Counted from the stretch's first letter, positions 41,293-52,371 are shown. The stretch is 64,000 nucleotides of DNA from an uncultured Candidatus Saccharibacteria bacterium (GCA_964467385.1 CAYXQC010000001.1:7896-71895), one strand, 5' to 3'. Notes: generated from the letters alone by a model not told the origin. Numbers and translations: made by a program.

Positions 41293-43634
41293 TGGCTATA
41301 GATGTCACTTTAAACTTACATATGGAAAACAATACTGCAAACAATTCACAAGGCCAGAAAAAGATAGGGATAGTAGTGCTCGGTATGCATCGAAGTGGTA
41401 CTTCAGTTGTTGCAGGTGCATTGTCAAAAGCTGGAGTATTTTTCGGTGACACTTTGTTACCTGCTGAGTCATATAATTCAAAAGGTTTTTTTGAGGATGT
41501 TGATATTCTTGCCACAAATGAGGAAATCTTAAAGACTTTAAGTTCGAGTTTCAAAGACCTGAATCCATTACCAGAAGATTGGTACAAGTTTCTTTCTCTG
41601 CTCCCACTTAAAGATAGATTGAAAGATTTGATTCAGGATAAATTTAAAAATGCTGCCATTTTTGGTTTTAAAGATCCTCGGGTCTCTATTTTGTTGCCGA
41701 TGTATCTTGAAATATTTAAAGAGCTTGATTTAGATATACGTTTTGTGGTCTGTGAAAGATCGACAGCGGAGATAATTGCCTCATTGCAAGAAAGGATTGG
41801 ATATTCAGACGAAGAATCCCTTCTACTCTATCAGAAATATAAGACGGCGATAGAAGATGGAATCAAAGGGCAAAACTACACTAGGGTATATATGAGTGAC
41901 TTTGTAGATAATCCACTTAGATCTATTAAAAATATTTTCTTGGTATTGGATATACCTATTCATATCACTGAAGATCAAGCTCTATCTATTACTGATTTTG
42001 TTGATAAAAAATTAAAACATCACTCGGTTTCATTTGAGACTTCTATTTCTGTTTTACATGATTTAAAAAGAAATTTACATGAGGCTAATTTACAAAAGAA
42101 TAAACTAGAAGAACATGTATCAAGAGTGGATAAGGAGATGGAAATTTATATAGAAAGTCAAAAATACCTCGAGTCACACATCGCTAGACTCAAGAATACT
42201 TTGAGTCACAGGAACAATAGAATAAGTTTTTTGGAGGATGAAAGGCAAAATTTTCTGTACAGAGAAGCTGTGGGACAGGGAAATAAGGATATTGTGCATC
42301 AAGACCTGCACGATAGACTTGATGCGATCGAGAGAAGTCTAAGTTGGCGAGTTGTGCGAATTTTTCAAAAAGCACTTGATACTTTGATTCCGGCCAAGAG
42401 TGCACTGCGGCCATTTTATGTGAGATTACTTAGGACATGGCAGAAAAAACCTAAAGTCTTTACAAACACTGAAGTGATTAAGCCTATAGTCAAGGAAACC
42501 GAAGATCTGGTCTCTGATTGTATAGATGTGTTGTTTATCAATCACGAAGAATCAAGGACTGGTGCACCAAGAATTATTTTTGAAATTTCAAAAGCAGCAA
42601 TTGACAAGTATTCGATTGCGGTTATTTCCAAAATGAAAGGTGGTATGACTGGGGAATTCCACAGTACGTTTAAAAACAAAGTCTTCTATCCTCATGAAAT
42701 GTTTGAGACAAGAGATAGGCATGAGTTGGCTCGTATAATGCTTGAAAAATTGAAACCAAAACTTGTGTATGTAAATTCGATTGTGAGTTATGAATATGCA
42801 CTGGAGGCAAAACAGCTTGGCATACCTGTCATTTTTCATATACATGAAATGGCGAGCGCTTTTGAGATTGCTGTACACAAGGAGTCTCACGAAGTATTTG
42901 CTTCCCTGGCAGATGTATTTATCGCTGTTTCTGAATCTACTAAGCGAGATTTGGTGAAAATCATGAAAGTCCCAGACAAAAAGATACGACTGATACATGA
43001 ATTTATCGACAGTCAAAATGTGCTAAAACTTGCAAAAGCTCAGGCTGAAAATGTAGTTGAAGATATGTTGGGAATAGAATCAGACGATATTCTTATTGTA
43101 TCAATGGGTACTTTTGATAAACGAAAGGGTGGTGATTATTTCTTAAAAATATCAGAAGAAATTACGAAGTTTAATCAAAAAAATAATACAAAAGTTAAAA
43201 TGCTCTGGATCGGGCGCCGACCGCGGTCACATGATCTTTTGTCGAGTATGTTCAAAGACTATTCGAACCATTTTATACATGTCGACGAGACGGAAAATCC
43301 ATTCCCATTTCTCAAACGCGCACATGTGTTTTTCTTGGCGTCACGAGAGGATCCTTTTCCATTGGTTGTGCTCGAATCTATGGCGCTCGGTAAACCGGTC
43401 GTAACCTTTAAAAAGTCAGGGGGCGCTGTTGAAGCAGGGAAATCGGTGTTCGGTATTGATGAATTTAATATTAACACTGCTAGCCAAGTATTATATGATT
43501 TAGCTCTAGATAAATCTGAACAAAATAGGCGAGGTGGAATGGCACAGGAAGAACAAAAATCTTTTGAGAAAACTTCTATTTTATCTAAGATTTTCGAGGA
43601 AATTAATGGATTGCTTGAAACTGTAAATCATTAA
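41292..43634 (+). CDS. sulfotransferase-like / coiled-coil / GT4 fusion protein
   Basis: GMHRSGTS and FKDPR at the N-terminus; heptad region; SLSWRV; SREDPFPLVVLESMALGKP. Confidence 0.8.
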   Translation: MAIDVTLNLHMENNTANNSQGQKKIGIVVLGMHRSGTSVVAGALSKAGVFFGDTLLPAESYNSKGFFEDVDILATNEEILKTLSSSFKDLNPLPEDWYKFLSLLPLKDRLKDLIQDKFKNAAIFGFKDPRVSILLPMYLEIFKELDLDIRFVVCERSTAEIIASLQERIGYSDEESLLLYQKYKTAIEDGIKGQNYTRVYMSDFVDNPLRSIKNIFLVLDIPIHITEDQALSITDFVDKKLKHHSVSFETSISVLHDLKRNLHEANLQKNKLEEHVSRVDKEMEIYIESQKYLESHIARLKNTLSHRNNRISFLEDERQNFLYREAVGQGNKDIVHQDLHDRLDAIERSLSWRVVRIFQKALDTLIPAKSALRPFYVRLLRTWQKKPKVFTNTEVIKPIVKETEDLVSDCIDVLFINHEESRTGAPRIIFEISKAAIDKYSIAVISKMKGGMTGEFHSTFKNKVFYPHEMFETRDRHELARIMLEKLKPKLVYVNSIVSYEYALEAKQLGIPVIFHIHEMASAFEIAVHKESHEVFASLADVFIAVSESTKRDLVKIMKVPDKKIRLIHEFIDSQNVLKLAKAQAENVVEDMLGIESDDILIVSMGTFDKRKGGDYFLKISEEITKFNQKNNTKVKMLWIGRRPRSHDLLSSMFKDYSNHFIHVDETENPFPFLKRAHVFFLASREDPFPLVVLESMALGKPVVTFKKSGGAVEAGKSVFGIDEFNINTASQVLYDLALDKSEQNRRGGMAQEEQKSFEKTSILSKIFEEINGLLETVNH

Positions 43635-43647
43635 AATTATCAAAACT

Positions 43648-44439
43648 ATGCACGAACAATGCTCGCCAATTTTCATAATAGGATCAGCTCGTACAGGAAC
43701 GAGTGCGCTGGTTCATGCACTCAAAAATGGTGCTGATATTGCGGGCTACAATGAGGGTCACTATTTGACGATGATGCATGCACTTATAAAAACAGCTGTT
43801 GATCATGTAGTCATGCAAAAAAACAAAAATAAAAGTGGTCTCGTCATGATGTCGCATATCACAGCTGATCATGTTGTCCAAGATATTATGGAGATGATGA
43901 AAAAAAGAATGGAGGCAACATTTTCAGGAAAAATAGTATGGCTCGATAAAACACCCGATGGTCCGATGCTCCGTCTCATTCCTTACTTGATCCTGATGTG
44001 GCCGAATGCGCGATTCATCTATACAAAACGAAGGGCCATGGAAAATGTCGTATCACGGTTGAAAAAATTCAAACATTTAGATTTTAAACAAAACTGCGAG
44101 CGCTGGGTGATGTCTATGGATTTATGGCAAAAAATGAAACATCATATTCCTGAAAATCAGAGAATTGAAATTGATCAATATGATATGAGCCTAAAGCCTG
44201 GATTTGTTGCAGAGCGGTTAGGTACATTTCTCGGACTTGGTAAAAAAGAGGTGAGAGGTATAGCTGAAACTTTAGGAGGCACACGAGTAGAGTTTACAGG
44301 CGGAGACGAAGAACACCCGAAAGGTTTACATGAACTTGGTTGGACTAGTGAACAAATTGATATATATAATGCACTCTGTAAAGACCTCAATCGTGCATAT
44401 GGATACTCTGAGGATTCGTCGTATTACTTGTCGGCGTAA
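43648..44439 (+). CDS. sulfotransferase family protein
   Basis: IFIIGSARTGTS (PAPS-binding loop), WLDKTP and PNARFI. Confidence 0.8.
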   Translation: MHEQCSPIFIIGSARTGTSALVHALKNGADIAGYNEGHYLTMMHALIKTAVDHVVMQKNKNKSGLVMMSHITADHVVQDIMEMMKKRMEATFSGKIVWLDKTPDGPMLRLIPYLILMWPNARFIYTKRRAMENVVSRLKKFKHLDFKQNCERWVMSMDLWQKMKHHIPENQRIEIDQYDMSLKPGFVAERLGTFLGLGKKEVRGIAETLGGTRVEFTGGDEEHPKGLHELGWTSEQIDIYNALCKDLNRAYGYSEDSSYYLSA

Positions 44440-44459
44440 TATTTAGGTACAAAGTTTCG

Positions 44460-45659
44460 TTATTTTCGATTTAAGATTTGATTTATAGTAGCTTTGATTT
44501 TTTCAATAAAAATAGCTGTATCAAATTTTTTGGCTTGGTTGATACACTTTGCCGCATATTTTTTAGGATCCAGAGCGAGTTGTTCATTGATTTCATGAAC
44601 ACTAGTAAGTAATTTTTGAGAGTTGATTTCTTCTATCAATATTCCGGTTTCTCCATGGATGATTGTCTCTTTGTATCCTCCATCTGCCGGGGCGATAACT
44701 GGTTTACCGGAAGCCATTGCTTCAATCGCTGTCATTCCAAAATCCTCCGCCTTTGATGTGGTGATAAAACCTTTGCAATTTGCATATAGGTTGCGGAGTT
44801 TAGTATCAGGTACCCAATTTAATATTCGGACATTTTTAGTTGCACTTTTTTCGATCCGGTCTTTGTAAGTTTCAAAATGCTTTGAATCTTTCTCATAACT
44901 TCCAACAATAATTAAATTCTCAGAAGGAATATCCTTAAAAGCGTCGGTCTGCATTTCTATTCTTTTGTGACTTACTAGTCTGTTTACAGAAAGCCAATAA
45001 TCTTTCGATGTATCCTGTGCGCCTGACACCTCTATGGTGGCAAAATCTTCAATGTTCAAATTCGTCCCGTATTTATTAGTATAAATAGGCGGATTAATAA
45101 CAATCGATTCTTTCTTATAATAAAGGGAAATTCGTTCTCTAGTATTTAGAGAGTTTGCAATAAAAGTATCTACATGTTCAGCATATTTTAGTGTCAGTTT
45201 TCTATTGAACCATACCCATAAATCATAGATTGGACGTTTCCATGGAGATATCATTGTGCTTCGTATCTGGTCTTTGAATGCCCATAGTTCGTGTAAAGGA
45301 GAGTGAACGTACCAGAGATTTGGACTATTGTGATTTGCACCAGACATTGCCCAGTCGCCAGAAATTATAAAGAAATCGTATGCATGTCTTACATTATACA
45401 AGTCGCGGATTTTTTGTTTGTGTAAATTGAGTCGACCAAATCTGTAAAATGCCGTTTGTTGACGGAATGGAGCATTAAGGGGAATTTTACCAATTGATTT
45501 GATTCGTGGAAGAACATCTGTAAAGCCCATTTCACGGATATGTTCAGGATTAATATTTGTGGTATAGATGTCGGCATGAAGTTCGCGGGCCAAAGTTAAG
45601 GTGACAATTTCTGCACCACCGATGTTATCCATGAAGTTGTGAAAAATTGCGATGTTCAT
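44460..45659 (-). CDS. GT4 glycosyltransferase
   Basis: GGAE, ANS and EDFGMTAIEAMASGKPV. Confidence 0.9.
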   Translation of the reverse strand: MNIAIFHNFMDNIGGAEIVTLTLARELHADIYTTNINPEHIREMGFTDVLPRIKSIGKIPLNAPFRQQTAFYRFGRLNLHKQKIRDLYNVRHAYDFFIISGDWAMSGANHNSPNLWYVHSPLHELWAFKDQIRSTMISPWKRPIYDLWVWFNRKLTLKYAEHVDTFIANSLNTRERISLYYKKESIVINPPIYTNKYGTNLNIEDFATIEVSGAQDTSKDYWLSVNRLVSHKRIEMQTDAFKDIPSENLIIVGSYEKDSKHFETYKDRIEKSATKNVRILNWVPDTKLRNLYANCKGFITTSKAEDFGMTAIEAMASGKPVIAPADGGYKETIIHGETGILIEEINSQKLLTSVHEINEQLALDPKKYAAKCINQAKKFDTAIFIEKIKATINQILNRK

Positions 45660-45677
45660 CTATTATTTATCTTTTCT

Positions 45678-46856
45678 TTATTTTTCTTTTATACCTAATA
45701 TACTAAACATGAACGCTCCAAAAAAAGTTTGAATACCAATTGTTATAAAGGTCAATGCGGCAATTGAATTTTTAATTTCATCGAGTGATCCAAATCCTGA
45801 ACGAACCCATTTTACGAAAATGAACATGTAAATTGCGACACCGACCAGTGACAGTGTGATACCAGCAAAACCGGCTTTTTCAATCGTAATCTTTCTATAC
45901 AAAGGCTCCAGAAATGAATCTTTGTCGCCGAGGTGAGTAACGGCATATGTTCTTGCGAATCCTGCAAACAATATAAGCTGATAACCTGTCATTATTAATA
46001 ATGAAGAAACGAAAAGTGGGTGCACATAGAATTGCAAGCCGAATATTTGTGGATTTCCAAAATAAAGCCCTAGAAATGAAATTGTACCTAGTAAAAACAT
46101 TAGTGCACCTGGGGCTAGAAAGAGTATGAGGGGCGAATAAAGCAGAATAAATCGCACATGTCTCCAGCCGTCTGAAAATGAACGTAACTTTGAATCGCCG
46201 ATCCGTGGTCGATACTCGATAGGAATTTCTATGACCTTCTTGTGCCGTTTCGCTGTTTTGATGAGCATCTCAGATGCAAACTCCATTCCACCAGTATGAA
46301 GATCTAGTGACGAAAAAGTCTCACGGGTGATTGAACGCATTCCGCAATGAACGTCGTGGACTTTAACATTGAAAAAAATCCTAACTAGAAAAGAGAGAAG
46401 TGGATTTCCGATATGAAGATGAAGCCAGGGCATTGATGTGAGCAAATCGCTTTTACCTGCAAATCTATTTCCGATTACCATGTCCGCCTGACCCTCATGG
46501 AGCGGCTGAATAAATTTCGCCAAGTCACCAAGATTGTAGGTGTTATCAGCATCGGCCATAAAAATGTACTTTCCGTGAGCGTGCTTGAATCCTTCGAGGT
46601 ATGCCGAACCATAACCTTGATCCTCGGCATATATATAGTGGATAGATGGATTTTGTGTAGCGTATCTCTTGATAATAGAGGCACTCTTGTCTCTTGAATT
46701 ATTGTCTACCACCAGGGTTTCAGTCTTTAGTCCTAAGCTCTTTTCGAGACTTAGAATGGCTCGACCTATCTCTTCAAGACAGTGGGGTAAGGCAAGCTCT
46801 TCGTTCAGGCAAGGTAATATGACGGTTACATCTGGCATTTGGTCAAATAATACCAT
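45678..46856 (-). CDS. GT2 polyprenol-phosphate glycosyltransferase (DPM1-like) with C-terminal TMs
   Basis: PCLNEE, DNNSRD, MADADNTY, DVHCGMR and SKLRSFSDGWRH. Confidence 0.85.
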   Translation of the reverse strand: MVLFDQMPDVTVILPCLNEELALPHCLEEIGRAILSLEKSLGLKTETLVVDNNSRDKSASIIKRYATQNPSIHYIYAEDQGYGSAYLEGFKHAHGKYIFMADADNTYNLGDLAKFIQPLHEGQADMVIGNRFAGKSDLLTSMPWLHLHIGNPLLSFLVRIFFNVKVHDVHCGMRSITRETFSSLDLHTGGMEFASEMLIKTAKRHKKVIEIPIEYRPRIGDSKLRSFSDGWRHVRFILLYSPLILFLAPGALMFLLGTISFLGLYFGNPQIFGLQFYVHPLFVSSLLIMTGYQLILFAGFARTYAVTHLGDKDSFLEPLYRKITIEKAGFAGITLSLVGVAIYMFIFVKWVRSGFGSLDEIKNSIAALTFITIGIQTFFGAFMFSILGIKEK

Positions 46857-46895
46857 GGTTGCCTTTTTAAGAAATATATATATAATCAGGAGACC

Positions 46896-47528
46896 ATGAA
46901 ATTAGCTATACAAAAACGAACAGAAGATGCATCTGTTGTACGATCTACCGGCTCTATCCCGGGCGTATTTTACGGTCCAAAAGTTGCATCTACTCCTATA
47001 TCAGTAAACGGTGGTGAATTTATGAAAGTTTGGAAACAGGCAGGTGAATCTAGTGTTGTTACACTTACTGGTGTTGATGAAGATCACGATGCTCTTATCC
47101 ATGATATCTCAAAAGACCCTGTATCAGACGTTGTGACACATGTTGATTTCTACGTAATTGAAAAGGGTAAGAAAGTAGAAGTTGCCGTACCTCTCGAATT
47201 TACCGGTGAATCAGTTGCTGTTAAAACTCTTGGAGGTTCACTTATCAAGGTTATCCATGAACTCGAAATTGAGGCCCTTCCAAAGGATCTTCCACACTCT
47301 ATTGAAGTTGATATTTCATCACTTGTTGATTTCGAAGCTCAAATCAAAGTTGCTGATATCAAACTTCCAGTTGGTGTGATAGCTCGAATCGATGCTGATG
47401 AAGTCGTCGCTCTTGTTTCAGCTCCAAAAGAAGAAGTTGAAGAAGAGTCAGGTCCTATCGATATGGCATCTATCGGAATCTCTGAAGAGCGAGGTAAGAA
47501 AGAGGAAGAGGAAATTCCTGCAGAATAA
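46896..47528 (+). CDS. rplY: 50S ribosomal protein L25/Ctc
   Basis: IPGVFYG, HVDFY, VPLEFTGES and LPHSIEVDIS. Confidence 0.92.
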   Translation: MKLAIQKRTEDASVVRSTGSIPGVFYGPKVASTPISVNGGEFMKVWKQAGESSVVTLTGVDEDHDALIHDISKDPVSDVVTHVDFYVIEKGKKVEVAVPLEFTGESVAVKTLGGSLIKVIHELEIEALPKDLPHSIEVDISSLVDFEAQIKVADIKLPVGVIARIDADEVVALVSAPKEEVEEESGPIDMASIGISEERGKKEEEEIPAE

Positions 47529-47583
47529 CTTCAAGATTCATTCATCAAAATCTAGCCCCACTTTAAGGCTAAAAATAAAGTCA

Positions 47584-47617
47584 AAAACGAAGCTTCGGGA
47601 AACCGAGGTTTTGTTTT
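47584..47617 (+). terminator. intrinsic terminator after rplY
   Basis: AAAACGAAGCTTCGG-gaaa-CCGAGGTTTTGTTTT. Confidence 0.7.
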
Positions 47618-47629
47618 ATAATAGGACTC

Positions 47630-48991
47630 ATGTCTTTTTGTAAATCTGTCCCTAAGTTTTTTGCCTTCATTATTGCGCTGCTGATATTGGGCTTTGCTGG
47701 ATACACTACATATGTATCTGCTCAAGCTGCCGACCTGACCCCTGAACAAGAAGCTGCCCTCCGTGCACAACTTGCTGATATTGAAAAACAGATCAAAGAA
47801 CAACAGGATATTCTAAATACGAAAACTAGTGAAGCTGTAGGTTTTCAGCGTGATATCGATATCTTGAATGCTAAGATTAAGAAAGCGCAACTCCGTATTA
47901 AGGCTCAAGAGCTTTCAATCAATAAACTCGGTAAAGATATAAACATAAAAACAAACACTATTACAGCACTCGGGTCACGTATCGATCGTGGACGTGAATC
48001 TTTGGCTCAAATCATTTCGCGAACGCGAGAAATAGATAATTCAACATATGTAGAAGCAATACTTAGTAATAAAAATATCTCAGATTTTTTCCTCGATCTT
48101 GATTCTTTTGCCTCTATTAAACAATCACTTCAAACTCAACTCACAGATATTAAAGATGCTAAAACACAAAACGAAGTTGCCAAAAAAGAGCTCGATACGA
48201 AACGAAATGAGGAGATTGATACAAAGGTGAGTATTGAAAAAGAAAAGAAAGTAATCGAGGTGGCTGAGGCGGAAAAGAAGCGGCTCTTGGCTCTCAATAA
48301 AAACGAACAGCAGAATTACAAAACTTCAATTGCCAATAAAACTCAAGAAGCTAATAAAATCAGAAATCAGCTCTTCAAACTTCGAGATGCGGCTGCTATC
48401 AAGTTCGGAGACGCGGTGACGTATGCTAAAGCTGCAAGTAGTTTAACTGGTACGCGTGCAGCTTTTATTCTCGCGATTATTCAACAGGAAAGCAGTCTCG
48501 GTGTAAATGTGGGTCGATGTTATCTCACTGATGCTACAACGGGCGCGGGTGTCCATTCAAGTTCTGGAAGGGTGTATTCAAATCTGATGAAAGCGTCACG
48601 AGATGTTCAGCCTTTCTTGAAGATTACAGGTGCGCTTGGTAGAGATCCATATAAGACACTTGTTTCATGTCCGCTCGATGTGGGTTACGGTGGCGCCATG
48701 GGTCCAGCGCAGTTCATTCCTTCTACATGGGTACTTTTTGAAAAGCGTATTGCCTCAGCACTTCAAAAATCAGCTTCAGACCCTTGGAATCCACAGGATG
48801 CTTTCATGGCCTCAGGCTTCTATTTGAGCGATCTTGGTGCCTCAGCCCAAACATATACAGCTGAACGAAATGCTGCTTGTCGATACTATTCTGGCCGATC
48901 ATGTAGTGGTAGTAATACTTTCTATGGAAATCAGGTTATGGAACGGGTAAGTGCTATCCAGGCAAATATCGATATTTTGAACGGTATTTAG
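47630..48991 (+). CDS. secreted coiled-coil protein with lytic murein transglycosylase domain
   Basis: Signal peptide, long coiled coil, QES catalytic Glu, GGAMGPAQFIPSTW and DPWNPQDA. Confidence 0.85.
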   Translation: MSFCKSVPKFFAFIIALLILGFAGYTTYVSAQAADLTPEQEAALRAQLADIEKQIKEQQDILNTKTSEAVGFQRDIDILNAKIKKAQLRIKAQELSINKLGKDINIKTNTITALGSRIDRGRESLAQIISRTREIDNSTYVEAILSNKNISDFFLDLDSFASIKQSLQTQLTDIKDAKTQNEVAKKELDTKRNEEIDTKVSIEKEKKVIEVAEAEKKRLLALNKNEQQNYKTSIANKTQEANKIRNQLFKLRDAAAIKFGDAVTYAKAASSLTGTRAAFILAIIQQESSLGVNVGRCYLTDATTGAGVHSSSGRVYSNLMKASRDVQPFLKITGALGRDPYKTLVSCPLDVGYGGAMGPAQFIPSTWVLFEKRIASALQKSASDPWNPQDAFMASGFYLSDLGASAQTYTAERNAACRYYSGRSCSGSNTFYGNQVMERVSAIQANIDILNGI

Positions 48992-49030
48992 TGTTATAGT
49001 TCGGTCTATCAAATTGATGTTACGGGCCAT

Positions 49031-49059
49031 TTGCCTAAAAACATCAAGTACGGTATAGT
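49031..49059 (+). promoter_or_regulatory. sigma70-type promoter, probably leaderless rpmE
   Basis: TTGCCT-17-TATAGT, 8 nt before the ATG. Confidence 0.6.
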
Positions 49060-49067
49060 GTGTCCCT

Positions 49068-49292
49068 ATGAAAGCAGATATCCATCCTACATATAATCCA
49101 AAAGCAGTATTCACATGCGCGTGTGGAGCTTCTTATACTATTGGCTCAACCAAAGAATCAGTTCAGGTTGAAATTTGCGCAAAGTGTCACCCATTTTATA
49201 CAGGTGCTGAAAAGGTACTAGACTCAGCTGGACGAGTAGATAAGTTCAAGAATCGACAGGCTGCAGCAGCCAAGAAGGCCGCAAAGAAGTAG
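49068..49292 (+). CDS. rpmE: 50S ribosomal protein L31 (zinc-binding type)
   Basis: MKADIHP, CACG, CAKCHPFYTG and GRVDKF. Confidence 0.97.
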   Translation: MKADIHPTYNPKAVFTCACGASYTIGSTKESVQVEICAKCHPFYTGAEKVLDSAGRVDKFKNRQAAAAKKAAKK

Positions 49293-49298
49293 CTACGA

Positions 49299-49339
49299 GA
49301 GGAAACCGCACATTCTTTTGAAAGGCGGTTTTTTCTTTT
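49299..49339 (+). terminator. probable intrinsic terminator after rpmE
   Basis: AAACCGC...GCGGTTT stem followed by a T tract. Confidence 0.55.
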
Positions 49340-49396
49340 GCTATACTTTACATAAGTTAAATATCACACATAGACATTGTGTAGTTTCGAAAAAAA

Positions 49397-50419
49397 ATGG
49401 AAGAAATTCAATCACAACTCGACGAACTAAAAAAGAATCATAAGACAAGTTTTTTTGCTTATGAATTTGAAAAACTTCAGAAACAGAAAGAGGAGGTTTC
49501 TTTGATGCTGTCTGATCCAGCTAACGCCGCTGATCCTTCTATGGCAGATATGGCGAAAGAGGAAATTGCACTTCTTGATGAACAGATTAAAGGTATGGTT
49601 GAAAAAATTCAGGATATTATAAAGGAAGATGAGGAAGCAGATATGTTTCCATCAGAAATTATTCTTGAAGTTCGCGCCGGCGCAGGCGGAGAAGAGGCTG
49701 CACTTTTTGCGAGCCAGTTGGCTACCATGTATCAACGATATGCGGCTACTCAAGGGTGGAGTACAAAACTTGTGGATTCTTCTGAAACATCTATCGGAGG
49801 TTTTAAGCAAGCTTCATATGAAATGCGTGGTCATGAAATTTATAAGTATCTTCGATATGAAATGGGTGTACATCGAGTACAGAGAATTCCGGCTACAGAA
49901 AAATCTGGACGAATTCACACATCGACGGCTTCGATTGCTATCTTGCCAATGCGAAAGAAGGTGACACTTGATATTCCACCGTCAGATATTGAAATGGAGC
50001 TCTCACGATCTGGTGGTGCAGGGGGGCAAAATGTAAACAAAGTGGAAACTGCTGTGCGCTTGATTCACAAACCAACAGGCATCGATGTTCGATGTACATC
50101 GGAGCGAAGTCAGCTCAAAAACCGAGAACGAGCAATGCAGATTTTGCTTGCAAAGCTTGAACAGAAAAAGATGGAAGAAGAAGCGAGCAAATTCGCCAAA
50201 GACAGAAAAGATCAAATCGGAACAGGGGATCGATCTGAAAAAATTCGTACATATAATTTCCCTCAAGATCGCGTAACCGATCATCGAATCAAAGAATCTT
50301 GGCACAATATTGAGGGGAAAGGTGGAATCATGGAAGGTGGTATCCAACCGATTATTGACGCCCTTCTTCGAGCTGAGGCAGGCGGAGGTGTGGGTAATGC
50401 AGAAGAAACAGGGGATTAA
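49397..50419 (+). CDS. prfA: peptide chain release factor 1
   Basis: HRVQRIPAT (RF1 PxT motif), [10 protein letters not shown] and [10 protein letters not shown]; follows rpmE. Confidence 0.93.
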   Translation: MEEIQSQLDELKKNHKTSFFAYEFEKLQKQKEEVSLMLSDPANAADPSMADMAKEEIALLDEQIKGMVEKIQDIIKEDEEADMFPSEIILEVRAGAGGEEAALFASQLATMYQRYAATQGWSTKLVDSSETSIGGFKQASYEMRGHEIYKYLRYEMGVHRVQRIPATEKSGRIHTSTASIAILPMRKKVTLDIPPSDIEMELSRSGGAGGQNVNKVETAVRLIHKPTGIDVRCTSERSQLKNRERAMQILLAKLEQKKMEEEASKFAKDRKDQIGTGDRSEKIRTYNFPQDRVTDHRIKESWHNIEGKGGIMEGGIQPIIDALLRAEAGGGVGNAEETGD

Positions 50420-50459
50420 TTACAGAACCCAATTAAATATGTGTTAAACTGGATGTACT

Positions 50460-50777
50460 ATGTCAGTTGAATTCGATGAAGAGAAAATAGCCATGAGTTA
50501 TAATGCTGCTCACACAGCAGAAGCTCAGTATCAACAAGCGGTCCAAGCAAGTAACTCTCCGGTGAAGCAGGTTGCCCTGCTCATATGCGCCGGTCTTTTC
50601 ATTGGCGGAGCTTTGTATATCCCACGACTTATTAACCCTCCAGAGGCAGAGCCGGTTGTATACCTTGAAGATCTTACAGAGGCACGAATGCGGCTTATTC
50701 CAGGTGATGTACGAGATGGGATTCTTTTAAATTTAAAATCAAGAAATCAGTTTCCACCAGGGGCAGAAAACCAATAA
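50460..50777 (+). CDS. hypothetical single-TM protein
   Basis: 105 aa ORF filling the gap, one hydrophobic segment. Confidence 0.6.
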   Translation: MSVEFDEEKIAMSYNAAHTAEAQYQQAVQASNSPVKQVALLICAGLFIGGALYIPRLINPPEAEPVVYLEDLTEARMRLIPGDVRDGILLNLKSRNQFPPGAENQ

Positions 50778-50798
50778 CTAACCTCTATCATAAATACC

Positions 50799-51362
50799 AT
50801 GAAAAACTCCTCAAAAAAATCTAAAAAAAATCTAAAAAAACTGCAGACAACTGTGCATACTGGTTTTACTTTGATCGAGCTTATTGTAGTTATTGCCATT
50901 ATCGGCCTCCTCGGGTCTGTAATCATGACAAGTTTGGCGAAGTCGCGTGCTCGGGCGGAGATTGCAAAGGTTATGGTTGATTATAAATCAGTAGCAAATG
51001 CTCTTGAACTTTATAGACAGGAGAATGGTAATTATCCAGGTGCGGTAGCGACCCCTCTTGCAGTTACAACACTTGCCGCTGATCACCTTGGTGCCTATCT
51101 CAAGCAATCACCGAGTGTTTCTCCAAAAGTGGTGTCAGGATTTTCTTCTCCTGATGTGCTTTATTATCTAAATCCAACCGATGGGTCTAGTGATCGATAT
51201 TGGTGTGGTGATCCAAGTTCAACGCAGGATTACATTCTTTATTTTGAACCAACAAGCGACGCGGAAGAGTCAGGATTCTTTGGTACAGTGTATTCTGGGG
51301 AAGATGCAAATGATGCCACTCCTGTAGCAGGTGTTCTCTGTGTTGTCGTAAACCAGAAATAG
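50799..51362 (+). CDS. type IV pilin / pseudopilin
   Basis: Basic leader, G|FTLIELIVVIAIIGLL prepilin motif, C-terminal Cys pair. Confidence 0.9.
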   Translation: MKNSSKKSKKNLKKLQTTVHTGFTLIELIVVIAIIGLLGSVIMTSLAKSRARAEIAKVMVDYKSVANALELYRQENGNYPGAVATPLAVTTLAADHLGAYLKQSPSVSPKVVSGFSSPDVLYYLNPTDGSSDRYWCGDPSSTQDYILYFEPTSDAEESGFFGTVYSGEDANDATPVAGVLCVVVNQK

Positions 51363-51485
51363 GCCCCTTAAAAACTTTAGCCTAGATACTAGATTAGCCT
51401 TAAAAATAAGGGTTATTTGCCCGTACGGTTGACCTTAAAGACTGGTTGCCACGGGGCTCTGGGTATGGTAGACTCTACCGTACTT

Positions 51486-52238
51486 ATGAAAGTAACCACA
51501 GAAAAAGAAAAAAACAGCAAGAATCCAGCCGTTGATGCGATGTTCAAGGTTGGTGCTCACTACGGATTTGTAAAGTCACGTAGACATCCTACAATCAAAC
51601 CTTTCATTTTCGGCGTTAAGAACCGGATTGAAATTTTTGATTTGGAAAAAACATCAGCACAGCTCGAGTCTGCACTCGAATTTATCAAGAAAATTGCATC
51701 TACAGGTAAGCAAGTAGTTTTCGTTGGCTCAAAGAGTGAAGCTCGACAGTCAGTTAAGGAAGCTGCTGAACGAATTGCACAGCCATTCGTTGCAAGTCGA
51801 TGGATTGGAGGAACTCTCACGAACTTCGAAGCTATTCGAAAGCGAGTTGAGAAACTTCTCGACCTTTCTTCACAGAAGGAAAAAAATGAACTTGCAAAGT
51901 TCACAAAGAAAGAGCGACTTATGATCGATCGAGAAATCGAACGACTCACAAACCTTTTTGGTGGTATTACCTCTATGAACCATCTTCCAGCTGCAATGAT
52001 TGTAGTTGACCCAAAGAAAGAACATATTGCGGTAGCTGAAGCTATTTGCCGAAATATCCCAGTTGTAGCACTTGCTGGCTCAGACTGTGATGTTTCAAAG
52101 ATTGCTTACCCTGTGGTTGCAAACGATGCTTCAGTAGACAGCGTTGCTTACTTCGCTGCGCAGTTCTCTAATGCATATGCAGAAGGTAAGAAGCTTGTGG
52201 TAAAGGAAACTCCTAAAACAGACGCTCCTCGAGCGTAA
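51486..52238 (+). CDS. rpsB: 30S ribosomal protein S2
   Basis: GAHYG, RWIGGTLTNF and NDAS; start moved to MKVTT. Confidence 0.95.
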   Translation: MKVTTEKEKNSKNPAVDAMFKVGAHYGFVKSRRHPTIKPFIFGVKNRIEIFDLEKTSAQLESALEFIKKIASTGKQVVFVGSKSEARQSVKEAAERIAQPFVASRWIGGTLTNFEAIRKRVEKLLDLSSQKEKNELAKFTKKERLMIDREIERLTNLFGGITSMNHLPAAMIVVDPKKEHIAVAEAICRNIPVVALAGSDCDVSKIAYPVVANDASVDSVAYFAAQFSNAYAEGKKLVVKETPKTDAPRA

Positions 52239-52371
52239 AGACTCTGGCCCGTAAGGGCTCTACCTCTTGAAAGCAGCAGGTCTATATTGATTATGAAATC
52301 CAGATAGTCCTGTCGTTTTCATTTAAAAATGATACAATTAAACACGTAACGACCAAACACCTAAAAACACT

